From Elainellaceae cyanobacterium (lineage in GTDB: Bacteria; Cyanobacteriota; Cyanobacteriia; CAZCXK01), in assembly GCA_051117555.1 (NCBI GenBank), contig JBNPEG010000033.1:1-61108 (forward strand): DNA of 61,108 nt, written 5' to 3'. Within the stretch, counting starts at the first letter, position 1. Every line of letters starts with the position of its first letter. The translations under genes and the position numbers were made by a program. Below are positions 20,582-31,116 of this stretch, in pieces. The notes beneath the pieces were generated by a model. It made no database searches. It saw only the letters and a program-made list of their open reading frames with translations, and had not been told where the DNA came from.

Positions 20582-22209
20582 GGCATGTCATTCCCCGCTC
20601 TAACGCCGTCGAGCAGGCTTTGAAGATTAGCCTCTGCATACCCTACGACTGACGAGGGTTTGCCGTGTATGAGGGAAAGGATGTCTTGCAACTGTTCCTC
20701 AACACTTCGCTCACGGCTGAGAATGTCTTGAATACAATCTCTGATTCGATTCAGAATCAAGCGCACTTGAACAGGTTTTAGGTCACCTTGTTCTCCTTGA
20801 TCTCGAACGAGGGCGTGACTCCTCAGCAGTCCGAGTTTTTGCACGTCTAAGGCTTTAACGACTGCAATTATATCTCGGCACGCCTGATCGATGAGTCGAT
20901 TTGTCACATGCTTCATAACAACGGGCTGAAGCATAAAAATGGCCTCGTTACTTTGGGCACTTTGCTCTTTCTCAATGAGCGATCGCCGTTGAAGCGACTG
21001 CAATGCCTGTAATAAGTCTGAAAGCGACACAGACATCCAGAGATCGTGCTTGAGTTCTAGCAACGATACGGGCTGACAGGCGATCGCCAACCAATACATA
21101 ATACTCATCTCGAGCGATGACAGTCGCCCAAACTGCTCATGCAAAATTTCAGAGACGACATCCCCCACAAAGACCGTACTCTGATCTAAGAACTCAGCAA
21201 TGCTGCTGCCAAAAAATTCTTGAATGATTTTGGATACCACTTTTAGAGCAGAAGGATTGCCTCGATATCGTTGAATTAACGCCTCTAAGCCACTTCCAGA
21301 GCTCGTCAAACCAGTGGCTTCTAAAATTCGCTTACCATCTTCCCAATTAACCCCCCTGAGCTGTCGTTCTCGCACGGGCTGCATTGGTCCAGCGAGCGCC
21401 GCAATTTCAATGGGTTGCTCCCGGCTGATGAGAATCATACAGCTTTGATGACGTTCTTCTCCTACGCATCGGATCAGCTTTCCATAGCCTTTGTAGCCAT
21501 CGCGGTAACGCCCTACGAGCTCACCCCCTCGTAAGACTGCTTCCACGTCATCGAGCAGCAACAAACATCGACGCGATCGCAAACAGTCCATCAAGTCTGA
21601 GATTCGCCCTTCAAGACTGACTGATAAATGATGTTCAGATCGTCCAGAGAGAAATTCAACCAGAGACGCCATCATCTCCTCAGCGGGAGGAGCATCTTGG
21701 AGCGATCGATAAATTAGAAGATCAAAATGCTGTTGAATCTGCTCAGCCAGCTTCACCGAGAGGGCTGTTTTGCCGATGCCGCCCATACCCAGCACCGCTA
21801 ACAATCGACAACCATCTTTGACAATCCATTGCTCGAGCTGAGAGAGCTCGGTAGTCCGTCCCCAAAATCCCGAAATATCCGGCGCTTCACCCCAATCTTG
21901 ACGCCGAACATCCGACGGGCTGCTATCGCGAGCAACGACATCCTCCCAGTCGAGTCCCAAAACATGGCAATATGCCTTAAATGCAGCCGCCCCAATCGCA
22001 TGACGACCTGATAAAAACCGTTTCCAGGTTCCACCCGAAATGCCGTTGGCATACGGCCCGCCTTCTGACCATTGGCGAGCTGAATCTAACACCTGACTCG
22101 CTGCAACTAGGCACGCATCATTGTCATCCGTACTCCATCCCCACCCCCTCTCACTCCTCGCTTGTCTAATTTTTTCTAGCCCTAGCGGAGATGCAATAAG
22201 GGTTGGCAT
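20578..22209 (-). CDS. NB-ARC/STAND-type ATPase with N-terminal HTH-like domain and no C-terminal repeats
   Basis: DWGEAPD..FWGR..EL, Walker A GMGGIGKT, Walker B LLLLDD, GNPSALK, winged-helix LQSLQRRSLIE. Confidence 0.88.
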   Translation of the reverse strand: MPTLIASPLGLEKIRQARSERGWGWSTDDNDACLVAASQVLDSARQWSEGGPYANGISGGTWKRFLSGRHAIGAAAFKAYCHVLGLDWEDVVARDSSPSDVRRQDWGEAPDISGFWGRTTELSQLEQWIVKDGCRLLAVLGMGGIGKTALSVKLAEQIQQHFDLLIYRSLQDAPPAEEMMASLVEFLSGRSEHHLSVSLEGRISDLMDCLRSRRCLLLLDDVEAVLRGGELVGRYRDGYKGYGKLIRCVGEERHQSCMILISREQPIEIAALAGPMQPVRERQLRGVNWEDGKRILEATGLTSSGSGLEALIQRYRGNPSALKVVSKIIQEFFGSSIAEFLDQSTVFVGDVVSEILHEQFGRLSSLEMSIMYWLAIACQPVSLLELKHDLWMSVSLSDLLQALQSLQRRSLIEKEQSAQSNEAIFMLQPVVMKHVTNRLIDQACRDIIAVVKALDVQKLGLLRSHALVRDQGEQGDLKPVQVRLILNRIRDCIQDILSRERSVEEQLQDILSLIHGKPSSVVGYAEANLQSLLDGVRAGNDMP

Positions 22210-22507
22210 GAAAACACCCGACCGATTATCAAGATCAAATATAGATCAGCTTTTGGGAAGATACATCTGAGGTTGCCCCCATTTAACATGATATCCCTTC
22301 CGGCAAACCCAAACAGATTATAAATCTAGCAGCATTTGATATTGATTCCATATTTCGCCCTCACTAAATTGATCTGGTTATTTGTGTTCCCTCGAAGAAC
22401 AGCAATTCTGATCCGAAGCTGATCTAGAGAATTCTGGTCAAAAGCCCGATGCTATAGGTGTGAAAACAACGTATCGATTGCTGAAGTAGCAATAGGAATG
22501 AGCGGTC

Positions 22508-22792
22508 ATGCTGAACTGGAACAAAATTTTTGGGGTTTCTACCAATCAAGGTCAAACAAATTCTCAGGCGGCTCAGCCTGGACTGTTTTCTAGCGCATAT
22601 TATTTTGGCAAGGAAGCGGTCGTTGACGTTCCTATCCAACCAGACAAAGCTGGGCGTGTAAAGTTCCAGGCGTCTTGGTGGCCCGCTCAATGTGAGCAAG
22701 GCATCTCCTTAAAGCCGGGTGACATCGTTCGAGTCGTCGGTATTCGCAACATTACTTTACTAGTCGAACCGACCCTCTGCGCTGAAGCCTAA
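22508..22792 (+). CDS. NfeD-like C-terminal OB-fold protein
   Basis: GRVKFQASWWPAQC...GDIVRVVGIRNITLLVEP. Confidence 0.8.
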   Translation: MLNWNKIFGVSTNQGQTNSQAAQPGLFSSAYYFGKEAVVDVPIQPDKAGRVKFQASWWPAQCEQGISLKPGDIVRVVGIRNITLLVEPTLCAEA

Positions 22793-24531
22793 GAGGCACC
22801 CGTCGAGGAGGTCACAAGCCTTCTGTCAGTCACCAGCAGTTCTTGAATGTCGGGTGCGGTTAAGGGATGGCTATAGATGTATCCCTGGATGGCAAGACAG
22901 CCATTCTTTCGTAGAAAATCAATTTGCCCATGGTTCTCAACGCCTTCTGCAATGACTTTAAGCTTTAGGCTCTGGGCAACTGCAATAATTGCCTTTGCAA
23001 TTTCAGCGTATTGAGTATTTTCAGAAACCTGGTTGATAAAGGTTCGATCAATTTTGAGACAGTCGATTGGGAATTGATGGAGATAGCTGAGAGACGAATA
23101 TCCGGTACCAAAGTCGTCAATCGCGATTTCGATTCCCATCATCTTAAGCTTATGAAGAATAGATATCGTTGCACTGACATCTTTGATGAGGCTGGTTTCG
23201 GTTAGCTCCAGCGTCAGGAGTTGCGGATCGAACTGGGTCTCGTCCAGGATTTTAAAGACAGTTTGGGCAAAGGTTTGATCGCGGAGTTGAGTGCCGGAAA
23301 CATTGACAGAGACGCGCAGGCGACTTGAGTGAGATGCATGCCATTCTCGACCTCGAAGGCAGGCGTTGCGTAACACCCATTCACCAATCGGAACGATAAG
23401 CCCGGTTTCCTCGGCAATTGGAATAAATATATTGGGGTCAATGGTGCCTCGACTCGGATGCATCCATCGAAGCAACGCTTCTACACCAATCATGCGCCCC
23501 GTGATCAGATTAACCTGAGGTTGATAGAGCACCTGTAGTTCTGAACGTTCTAGGGCGTGGCTTAAATCAGCCTTGATGGCCTGTCGTTCTGAATCGGTCT
23601 GACCTATTCGTGGATCATAAAATTGAATCGAACTGGTGTCTTGTTTACGACACCAGCGCTGCGCGGTTTCGGCATAGCTGAGCAGCTGATCTGGATTGTT
23701 GCCATGCTGAGGATACAGCGCCACACCCAACGTCGCTTGCAGAGAAACGTCTTGATTGTCAAGCAGATAAGGAGCAGTGACTACACTTAGAACCGATTGA
23801 ACCCGATCCGGACTATCCTCTTCGAGAACTAGCCCTGATAAGACGATCCCAAACTCATCGTTGCCTAATCGTCCTACGACATCTTGAGGGGTTGTGCATT
23901 CAACCAGACGCTTCGCTACGGATTGGAGAAGGGCATCTCCTGACGTGTAACCATACGTGGTATTGATGAGCCGAAATGACGTCAAATTGAGACATATCAC
24001 GACAACCATTGATCGCTCATGACGAGCTTGGTTGAGTGCCTCTTGAAGACGATGACGCAGTAAAATCCGGTTGGGCAAATCAGTCAGCGGATCGCTATAG
24101 GCAACTTTGCTGAGATTCCCTGCAACCCGCTTCATTTCATCGCGATATGGCTGGAGAACCATGTCTTGCTTCTGCAAGCGAGCAGAAATTGCATCTAGAA
24201 GATCGGCGCTGGTAAATGGTTTGGTAAGATAATCATCCGCCCCTAGGTTCATTCCTTGGCGGATATCGGATTTATCGGACTTCGCACTCAGAAAAATGAA
24301 AGAGGGTGCCCCCGTTTCTGAATCGCTTTGCAGCGCATTGAGGACTCCATATCCGTCGATACCGGGCATCATGATGTCACAGAGAATGAGGTCTGGAAGA
24401 TAGGCTTTAGCAAGTTTGATGCCGTCTTCTCCGTTATCAGCCCCAATAGCCTGAAATCCCTTGAATTGAAGGATTTTAAGAATATTATTTCGAATCGATG
24501 GGTCGTCCTCAATCACTAGGATGGTCTTCAC
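22789..24531 (-). CDS. Response regulator REC-GGDEF(degenerate)-EAL; probable c-di-GMP phosphodiesterase
   Basis: REC IEDD/CDIMMP/TKPF; GGDEF motif reads GNDEF; EAL motifs EALLRW, DDFGTGYSSL, KIDR, AEGVE intact. Confidence 0.92.
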   Translation of the reverse strand: MKTILVIEDDPSIRNNILKILQFKGFQAIGADNGEDGIKLAKAYLPDLILCDIMMPGIDGYGVLNALQSDSETGAPSFIFLSAKSDKSDIRQGMNLGADDYLTKPFTSADLLDAISARLQKQDMVLQPYRDEMKRVAGNLSKVAYSDPLTDLPNRILLRHRLQEALNQARHERSMVVVICLNLTSFRLINTTYGYTSGDALLQSVAKRLVECTTPQDVVGRLGNDEFGIVLSGLVLEEDSPDRVQSVLSVVTAPYLLDNQDVSLQATLGVALYPQHGNNPDQLLSYAETAQRWCRKQDTSSIQFYDPRIGQTDSERQAIKADLSHALERSELQVLYQPQVNLITGRMIGVEALLRWMHPSRGTIDPNIFIPIAEETGLIVPIGEWVLRNACLRGREWHASHSSRLRVSVNVSGTQLRDQTFAQTVFKILDETQFDPQLLTLELTETSLIKDVSATISILHKLKMMGIEIAIDDFGTGYSSLSYLHQFPIDCLKIDRTFINQVSENTQYAEIAKAIIAVAQSLKLKVIAEGVENHGQIDFLRKNGCLAIQGYIYSHPLTAPDIQELLVTDRRLVTSSTGAS

Positions 24532-24793
24532 AATGGGGATCTCCTGAAGGATTTAAGTGCTTTCACAATTGGGATGCGTGAGTAAAAAAATGAGGCAAGT
24601 TTCGGTTGGGGGCTAGTGTAGCGAGATCAGCCCGTTATAGCAGTATGAGCATTTTCTAATTTCGGCATTCGAGGCTGGATAGAACAAAGCATAGAAAGAA
24701 TAAAATCACTTAGGAATCAAATGAGAATGCAAGGCAATCGACTAGTTTGAGCGCGATCGCCCTCGATGAGCCTGTCGCCTTGAGTTCAGTATT

Positions 24794-27253
24794 CTACAAT
24801 TGGGTGGGTAATGTGACCGTGAAAATACTGCCATGATTGAGCGTGCTGTCCACGGTAATGTGACCTCTATGTAAATCTACACATTGCTTGACGATGAACA
24901 AGCCAAGCCCTGTCCCTGAGATTGTTTCAACATTGCGCCCCCGATGAAACCATTCAAATAGTCGTTTCTGATCCTCGATGGGAATGCCTAATCCGTGGTC
25001 TTGAACTTGAAATACGACCTGGTTTTCTTGGCAATTAATGGTTAGAAACACTGGGCTATTGGGAGGCGAATACTTGACGGCATTAGAGAGGAGATTGGTC
25101 ACGATCTGCCGCAGCAGCTTTTCGTCAATTGACGCGGTACGGCGATCGCCTAGGTAGGTCAAATGGATGGGACATCGATGATGCATCCCCGTCTCAACGT
25201 CCATGACCAGATGTTGGCAAACGTCAGCCAAGTTTAGGGATGTCGGTCTGAATTCCAGTTTTCCCGATTCGTTGTGTCCGATAAACAAGATATCTTCCAG
25301 AAGCCGAACCATGTGGGTAATTGAGTTCTGAATTTGCTCAAATAGCTCATTCTGCTCCTGTTTATTGCAGTCAAAGTGTCTCAGCAAGTCGGCTGAAGAC
25401 TGAATGGTCGTTAACGGCGTGCGAAATTCGTGGGAGGTTACAGAGATGAACTTCGAGCGCAATTCGTTGAGTTCTCGTTCTCGATTGAGGGTTCGCAAGA
25501 TTTCAGCTTCGGCGCGCTTTCGATCGGTGATGTCTCGTTGGATTGCCATCCAGTGAGTGTAAGATCCGGTGGCGTCCGCAATAGGGACGATATTCATATC
25601 AACCCAGAACTCTGTGCCGTCCTTGCGATAATTGACTAATTCCGCTTGTATAGGCTGCCAGCGTTGAAGTGCAGCGCGAATTTGATCGAGTTGATGGCGA
25701 TCGCTCCGCTGTCCTTGAAGAATTCGGGGAGTTTTGCCAATCACCTCCTCGGGCTGATACCCAGTATTGTGACTAAATGCAGGATTCACGTAGACAATAC
25801 GAGGACCCGGCAGGGTAACGGGTTCGGCCTCGGTAATGATAATGGCATCATTCGCATGAACGATCACAGATTCGAGGAGACGCAGGCGTTCTTCCGCGTG
25901 TCGGGCTTCAGTCGTATCTGTGATCACCCCATCCCAAATGATGTCACCATTCGGCTGTTTCTGAGGACGGGCAGCCGCACGCATCCACTTGATTGCACCT
26001 GATGACGGATGAATGAAGCGTCCTTCCCATTGCCACGGTTCTAGAGTTTGGGCTGAGATTTGAGTGGATTGATCGAGACTCTGGCGATCGTCTAGGTGGA
26101 TGGTATCCATCAACAAGGACGGATTACGCTCAGCCTCAGTCGGCTCAATTCCATAAATTTCTCGACATCCTGAACTGAGAAACGGAAACTCGATTGATCC
26201 ATCAGGATGCAACAAAAACTGATAAATCATCCCAGGGACGTTTGCCACAAGGTTTTGAAAGCGAGTTTGGCTTTTGAGGAGAGCAGCTTCTGTGCGTTTT
26301 CGTTCAGCAAGTTCTGCCTGTGCTTGTTCATACAGTTCGGACTGCTGCACGGCGATCGCCAGCTTACTGGCGAGCTGCTGGAGTAAATCGACTTCAATGT
26401 GTTGCCAATTGCGAGGCTCAACGCAGTGATGAGCAATCAGCAAGCCCCAAAGGGTGTCGCTGCGAACAATGGGCACCACTAGATTGGCTCTGACGCGGAG
26501 GTGCTTAAGCTGTTGTAAATAGCATGGCACTAAGTTAGTAGTATAAATATCTTCAATAATTTGGATGCGCCCAAAGCGATAGGCGTTCGCATACTTGTCG
26601 CGGAAACAGGTGTCTTCAATCGTGGTGCCGAGGATTGATAGTGCTGAATCAATCACAGATTCGGTTATTATGCTGCCACTTAGATCGGGATTGAAGCGAT
26701 AGATAACAACCCGATCAGTTTGCAAAAATCGGCGGACCTCATCCACGGTGGTTTGTAAGATGTCGTGGAAATTGAGAGATTGGCTAAGTCGCTGAATGCT
26801 ATCAATGATGAGTTTTTCGCGTTCAACCTGGATTTGCACTAGTTTTTCGGCATGCTTGCGATCGGTGATTTCGGTGCTAGTCCCGATAATGCGATACACT
26901 CTGGCATTGTGATTATGTAGCGGAGTCAGATTAGTCATCCACCAGGTTTTGTGTCCATTGAGGGGGAGACATTCTTCGTAGGTGATGCGGGTTTGTGTAG
27001 CGACACACTCACGATAATGCTGCTCAATCACCGTTGCCGCATCAGTAGGCAAGAGGTCGTGGGGTGTTTTACCTCGAATGTCAGACGATGACAGCCCGGT
27101 TAAGCGTTCATAAGCGGAATTGAACCCTACGTAGCGAAATTCACCATTTTCAAGTGCATTAACTACAAAAATTCCTTCTTGAACGCCATTAAAAATGCTG
27201 TAGAAAAATTCCTCATTTTCATGCAATTTCAACTCATCGCTAGCACATTCCAT
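24794..27253 (-). CDS. Sensor histidine kinase PAS-GAF(cyanobacteriochrome)-PAS-PAS(LOV-like)-HisKA-HATPase
   Basis: GAF DTCF...PCY...VRANLVVPI..WGLLIAHHC; H-box SHEFRTPL; NLLSNAVKY; GTGLGL. Confidence 0.92.
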   Translation of the reverse strand: MECASDELKLHENEEFFYSIFNGVQEGIFVVNALENGEFRYVGFNSAYERLTGLSSSDIRGKTPHDLLPTDAATVIEQHYRECVATQTRITYEECLPLNGHKTWWMTNLTPLHNHNARVYRIIGTSTEITDRKHAEKLVQIQVEREKLIIDSIQRLSQSLNFHDILQTTVDEVRRFLQTDRVVIYRFNPDLSGSIITESVIDSALSILGTTIEDTCFRDKYANAYRFGRIQIIEDIYTTNLVPCYLQQLKHLRVRANLVVPIVRSDTLWGLLIAHHCVEPRNWQHIEVDLLQQLASKLAIAVQQSELYEQAQAELAERKRTEAALLKSQTRFQNLVANVPGMIYQFLLHPDGSIEFPFLSSGCREIYGIEPTEAERNPSLLMDTIHLDDRQSLDQSTQISAQTLEPWQWEGRFIHPSSGAIKWMRAAARPQKQPNGDIIWDGVITDTTEARHAEERLRLLESVIVHANDAIIITEAEPVTLPGPRIVYVNPAFSHNTGYQPEEVIGKTPRILQGQRSDRHQLDQIRAALQRWQPIQAELVNYRKDGTEFWVDMNIVPIADATGSYTHWMAIQRDITDRKRAEAEILRTLNRERELNELRSKFISVTSHEFRTPLTTIQSSADLLRHFDCNKQEQNELFEQIQNSITHMVRLLEDILFIGHNESGKLEFRPTSLNLADVCQHLVMDVETGMHHRCPIHLTYLGDRRTASIDEKLLRQIVTNLLSNAVKYSPPNSPVFLTINCQENQVVFQVQDHGLGIPIEDQKRLFEWFHRGRNVETISGTGLGLFIVKQCVDLHRGHITVDSTLNHGSIFTVTLPTQL

Positions 27254-27281
27254 ATAAATTAATCCCTAGTTTATGGCGATA

Positions 27282-27475
27282 TATAGCCCTACAGGCTTGG
27301 ATTTGTGCGTAGAAGCCGTGTGGTGCACGAGTTCTATACACGTTCGATAACCTAATGAGAGATTTTACTAATGCGAGATTTTAAGGATATAGAGCGATCC
27401 TAAATCGCTTGTAAATTGTGTGCGGGCGGTGGCGGGCGCCGCCCCACCGCTCACACTCCATCTGGGATTGCTATA
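27282..27475. mobile_element. Tandem MITEs: degenerate family B (27282-27391) abutting family A (27390-27475)
   Basis: TATAGCCCTACAGGCTTGG left end; second element TAGAGCGATCCTAAAT...ATCTGGGATTGCTATA shares the TA junction. Confidence 0.75.
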
Positions 27476-27576
27476 GAGTTTGCATAGCTCTAATTTGCGG
27501 AATTGGTATTGAACGGGGGATGCCAAATTTCTATTCAGTATTCCCAGAGACTCTCTCTGTGGAATGCATAGAGCAC

Positions 27577-27600
27577 AAAAAAAGGGGCGATCGCCCCTTT
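27577..27600 (-). terminator. Putative terminator of the ndhF3-cupS operon, built on a HIP1 palindrome
   Basis: Perfect palindrome AAAGGGGCGATCGCCCCTTT followed by a T run on the minus strand. Confidence 0.65.
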
Positions 27601-27633
27601 GTGATGTAAACCTGATTCCTTCGACGCGACCTG

Positions 27634-28035
27634 CTATCCCATCAAAATAACGTTGTCAATGACATGAATCACGCCATTATCAGCCTCGATATCTGCCGCA
27701 ACAACTGTGGCATTCTTGACTTCAAAGCCGTCAGTCGCTTTGACAGAGATGTCACATCCTTCTAGTGAGGTCACCGAATCAACCTGTGCCAGATCGGCTT
27801 GGGTAAATTTGCCAGCAACGACATGATATTTAAGAATGCGAGCAAGCTGAGGCGGGTTTTGCACCAATGTTTGAATGGTGCCAGGAGGTAATTTGGCAAA
27901 CGCATCATCAGTGGGGGCGAACACCGTAAACGGCCCCGGACTCTTGAGAGCCTCGACCAAATCCGCTGTCTTTACGGCAACCACCAGCGTTTCAAACGAC
28001 CCTGCGCTTACTGCGATGTCAACGATGTCAGGCAT
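27634..28035 (-). CDS. cupS: Fasciclin-domain protein CupS
   Basis: [21 protein letters not shown]; last gene of the NDH-1(3) operon. Confidence 0.9.
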   Translation of the reverse strand: MPDIVDIAVSAGSFETLVVAVKTADLVEALKSPGPFTVFAPTDDAFAKLPPGTIQTLVQNPPQLARILKYHVVAGKFTQADLAQVDSVTSLEGCDISVKATDGFEVKNATVVAADIEADNGVIHVIDNVILMG

Positions 28036-28077
28036 AGTAGGGATTAGGGAATTAACAGTAATAAGTGGTGAACGAAC

Positions 28078-29391
28078 TTAGCGATAGTCTTGGCTTTGGA
28101 TGGCACTCAGTCTGGCTTCAGGACGCAAGAAGCGATCCATTTGGGCTTCAAAGAATTTGCGATTTGCCATTAGATGATCTGGATTGGGATCATCTAGGGG
28201 ATAAAGCAATGCAGCTCGGAGTGCCTGAAGAACTGCCGACGTGACATTGTACATCGATCGTTGAAACGTAATTCCCAACTGAATGAGCATGTCGTCTTCA
28301 CCGCGACAGTGCTTTTTGTAGTAGTCCACAAGATACGGAGGCAAAAAATGCAGCATATCTTGCATGAGCAGCGTCGGAGGAATACCAGCAGTGCCTACTG
28401 GAAAGACATCGGCGTAGAGAATGCCATAGTGAAAGTCGGTTTGATCGTCAGGCACTTGCTTGGCTTGAGCATCATACGACTTGGTGCCTCGGAAGGGAGT
28501 CGTGCGATAAAACACGGCTTCTACGTAAGGTAAGGCTGCTTCATAGAGCCAAGTAAACCCCTTCGACTTCGGGATAATTTCGTAGCATTCTCCATCAATG
28601 TAGACATGATGATAGATGGGTCGTCCAGCAACGGCAAAAATTCCGTTCACTAAAAAATCCATGGCATCGGGTACGCTCTTAAAGCCTCCCTCATCGTAAA
28701 TGTCTGACATCTCGAAAAAGACGGGAGCCATGACTTCCCAAAACAACCCTAGATTGGAATAGTAAGACAGTTCCCGAACCTTCTCATAGAACATCTCGGG
28801 AAACATCTTGTAAAGCGCCAACATGACAGGATTGTTCTTAAAGTAAGCACGAATTGCGCGATCGGCATTTTGCTTATATTCGTCGGTGTCTAAATAGGGA
28901 TCAAACTGATTGGCAGGCACATACATGTTGCGATGCCAGAGCATTACCCGCATACATTCTTCCGCAAACTCCATATTGATGCGGTCATGCCACCAGTGGT
29001 GAAGGAGTTTGGGTAGTTTTTTCTTAACTTCCCCTTTCTCCATGAACTCTAGAAGTTCAGGATGTGCGCTCGCATCTCCGCGCCAGATTCGCAAATCGGC
29101 ATCATCACCCGCGTAATGATTAGGGAGATCGAGATACTCTTGCGGAATGAAGTATTTGAAAAAAGGGAATGGTTCTAGAAAAACCTGTTCTGCGATGTAA
29201 AGCAGATCGCGCCAGTAGAAGTCCATCGGCACGGCGTAGGCTTTATAGATGCCGATGATTTGCATGAGGTTTTCAGGCGTGTCGGGCAACATGGAGCCGC
29301 CTGCCTCTAGCCGATGAATGATCTCAGCATACGTGTGCCTGGATGGTGGAATTTTACGAGTTTGGGGTTCAGAAGGAATGGTTGCAGTCAT
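28078..29391 (-). CDS. cupA: CO2 hydration protein CupA (ChpY)
   Basis: IIHRLEAGGSMLPDTPENL, HDRINMEFAE, PFRGTKSY; operon context. Confidence 0.95.
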   Translation of the reverse strand: MTATIPSEPQTRKIPPSRHTYAEIIHRLEAGGSMLPDTPENLMQIIGIYKAYAVPMDFYWRDLLYIAEQVFLEPFPFFKYFIPQEYLDLPNHYAGDDADLRIWRGDASAHPELLEFMEKGEVKKKLPKLLHHWWHDRINMEFAEECMRVMLWHRNMYVPANQFDPYLDTDEYKQNADRAIRAYFKNNPVMLALYKMFPEMFYEKVRELSYYSNLGLFWEVMAPVFFEMSDIYDEGGFKSVPDAMDFLVNGIFAVAGRPIYHHVYIDGECYEIIPKSKGFTWLYEAALPYVEAVFYRTTPFRGTKSYDAQAKQVPDDQTDFHYGILYADVFPVGTAGIPPTLLMQDMLHFLPPYLVDYYKKHCRGEDDMLIQLGITFQRSMYNVTSAVLQALRAALLYPLDDPNPDHLMANRKFFEAQMDRFLRPEARLSAIQSQDYR

Positions 29392-29498
29392 ATGCGTAGT
29401 CGTTTGTCAACTTTTCGGACATTGATATTGGGTTGAGTGTTCTTAGAAGCGGCGATCGCTTCTGTAGGGTAGAAATAGCTCCGTTTGACGGTTAGTTT

Positions 29499-31022
29499 CT
29501 ATAATCGCAGATGAGATAGATCCTGATCAGTCGTCGTTTGCACCACGTGCTGCGGAGTGGGTGACGACATGGCAGCAATGAGTGCATTACTGGTCGATTC
29601 GCTCCACTGTACAAGCCACATTGGTTGGATGCCGAGCAAGAAGATTACCCATGCCAGCACTAGAGCCGGAGTGCGTTCACTCCACTCCACTTTCGGAAAG
29701 TATGCGATCGCATTGTCCAATTTTCCGAAGCACGTGCGATTGAGCAGAATGACAAAATAGACAGCGGTTAAGCCAGTTCCCACAACGCACAGTAATGTCT
29801 GAATGGGAAACACCGCATAGCTGCCCTGGAAGATTAAAAACTCGGCAACAAATCCGACCAGCCCAGGAATACCTGCGCTTGCCATGCCGCCCAAGACCAA
29901 CAGAGAGCTAATGGTCGGCAACCCTCGCACCGGATTTAATAGACCGTTGAGCACATCGAGTTCGCGAGTCCCGACTTTGCGTTCAACCACGCCCACTAAG
30001 TGAAACAAGATGGCGAGAATCACACCATGGGCAAACATCTGAGAAATTGCTCCGACCATGCTGAGGGCAGTCATCGACGCTCCAGCGAGCAAAATATAGC
30101 CCATGTGACCAATTGAGCTGTATGCCACCATGCGTTTGATGTCTTTTTGGGCGATCGCGGCCATTGCTCCATACAATACGCTCACGGCCGCCCAAATAGC
30201 TAGCCACGGGGCCAGTGCTGACCACGCATCAGGAAACAAGCCCATTCCAAATCGCAAGAGTCCGTAGACTCCAAGCTTTGCCAATATTCCACCTAACAGA
30301 ATCGCGACCGGTGATGAAGCCGCGACATAGGTATCCGGCAACCACGTATGAAACGGAACCAGCGGAATCTTAATGCCAAACCCGACGAGGAGCGTACCCA
30401 AAAGGAGAAACTGCAAGCCGATGGGCAGAGTTTGCCCCATCATCATCTCGTACGCAAAGCTGGATGCACCTGTCAGCCAGACTAGCCCTAAAAAGCTAGC
30501 TAGAATCAGTGCTCCAGAAACGGCTGTATAAAGTAGAAACTTAACAGCCGCGTAGTCTTTTTTCTCACCCCCCCAAATTGAAATCAGCAAATAAAACGGA
30601 ACCAGTTCTAACTCATAAAACAGGAAGAACAGGAGCATATTTTGGGCAAGAAATGCTCCAGCAACGCCACCACTGACAAATAGGACGAGGGCATAAAACA
30701 ACCGAGGGCGTTCAATATCGTGTCGACTACTAAAGATCGCAATCCATGTCAGAAAGCTGCTGAGCACTAGGAGAACAATTGCGAGCCCATCAACTCCGAG
30801 CCGATAGTCTAATCCTAGAGAGTCTATCCAAGGCAGATATTCCTGCATTTGCATATTGGGATTGCTGAGGTCAAAACGGCTGGTCAGCCAGAGCGCCCAG
30901 AGCAGAATGCCTCCAGAAAATGATAGGGCTGTCCAGCGCACAGTTTTGATAGGAACAGATTGGGGCAGTAGGCTGACGACGATCGCCCCTATGATTGGAA
31001 CCCAAATGAGAACGCTGAGCAT
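29499..31022 (-). CDS. ndhD3: NDH-1 subunit NdhD3
   Basis: NuoM-like YELELVPFY, KIPLVPFHTWLPD, NPVRGLP; lies between ndhF3 and cupA. Confidence 0.92.
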   Translation of the reverse strand: MLSVLIWVPIIGAIVVSLLPQSVPIKTVRWTALSFSGGILLWALWLTSRFDLSNPNMQMQEYLPWIDSLGLDYRLGVDGLAIVLLVLSSFLTWIAIFSSRHDIERPRLFYALVLFVSGGVAGAFLAQNMLLFFLFYELELVPFYLLISIWGGEKKDYAAVKFLLYTAVSGALILASFLGLVWLTGASSFAYEMMMGQTLPIGLQFLLLGTLLVGFGIKIPLVPFHTWLPDTYVAASSPVAILLGGILAKLGVYGLLRFGMGLFPDAWSALAPWLAIWAAVSVLYGAMAAIAQKDIKRMVAYSSIGHMGYILLAGASMTALSMVGAISQMFAHGVILAILFHLVGVVERKVGTRELDVLNGLLNPVRGLPTISSLLVLGGMASAGIPGLVGFVAEFLIFQGSYAVFPIQTLLCVVGTGLTAVYFVILLNRTCFGKLDNAIAYFPKVEWSERTPALVLAWVIFLLGIQPMWLVQWSESTSNALIAAMSSPTPQHVVQTTTDQDLSHLRL

Positions 31023-31116
31023 AAGAAAACTTCACCACGTGAACAACAGAAGACGCGAGGGATTTAGAGATGAATCGTGTGTCAATCGTCGTGTCGATTG
31101 CCTGTTCGATTAGCGC

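Noticed and set aside
25520..25880. Canonical LOV photoreceptor domain
   Set aside because: The NCRFLQ Cys is replaced (TPRILQ); kept only as LOV-like.
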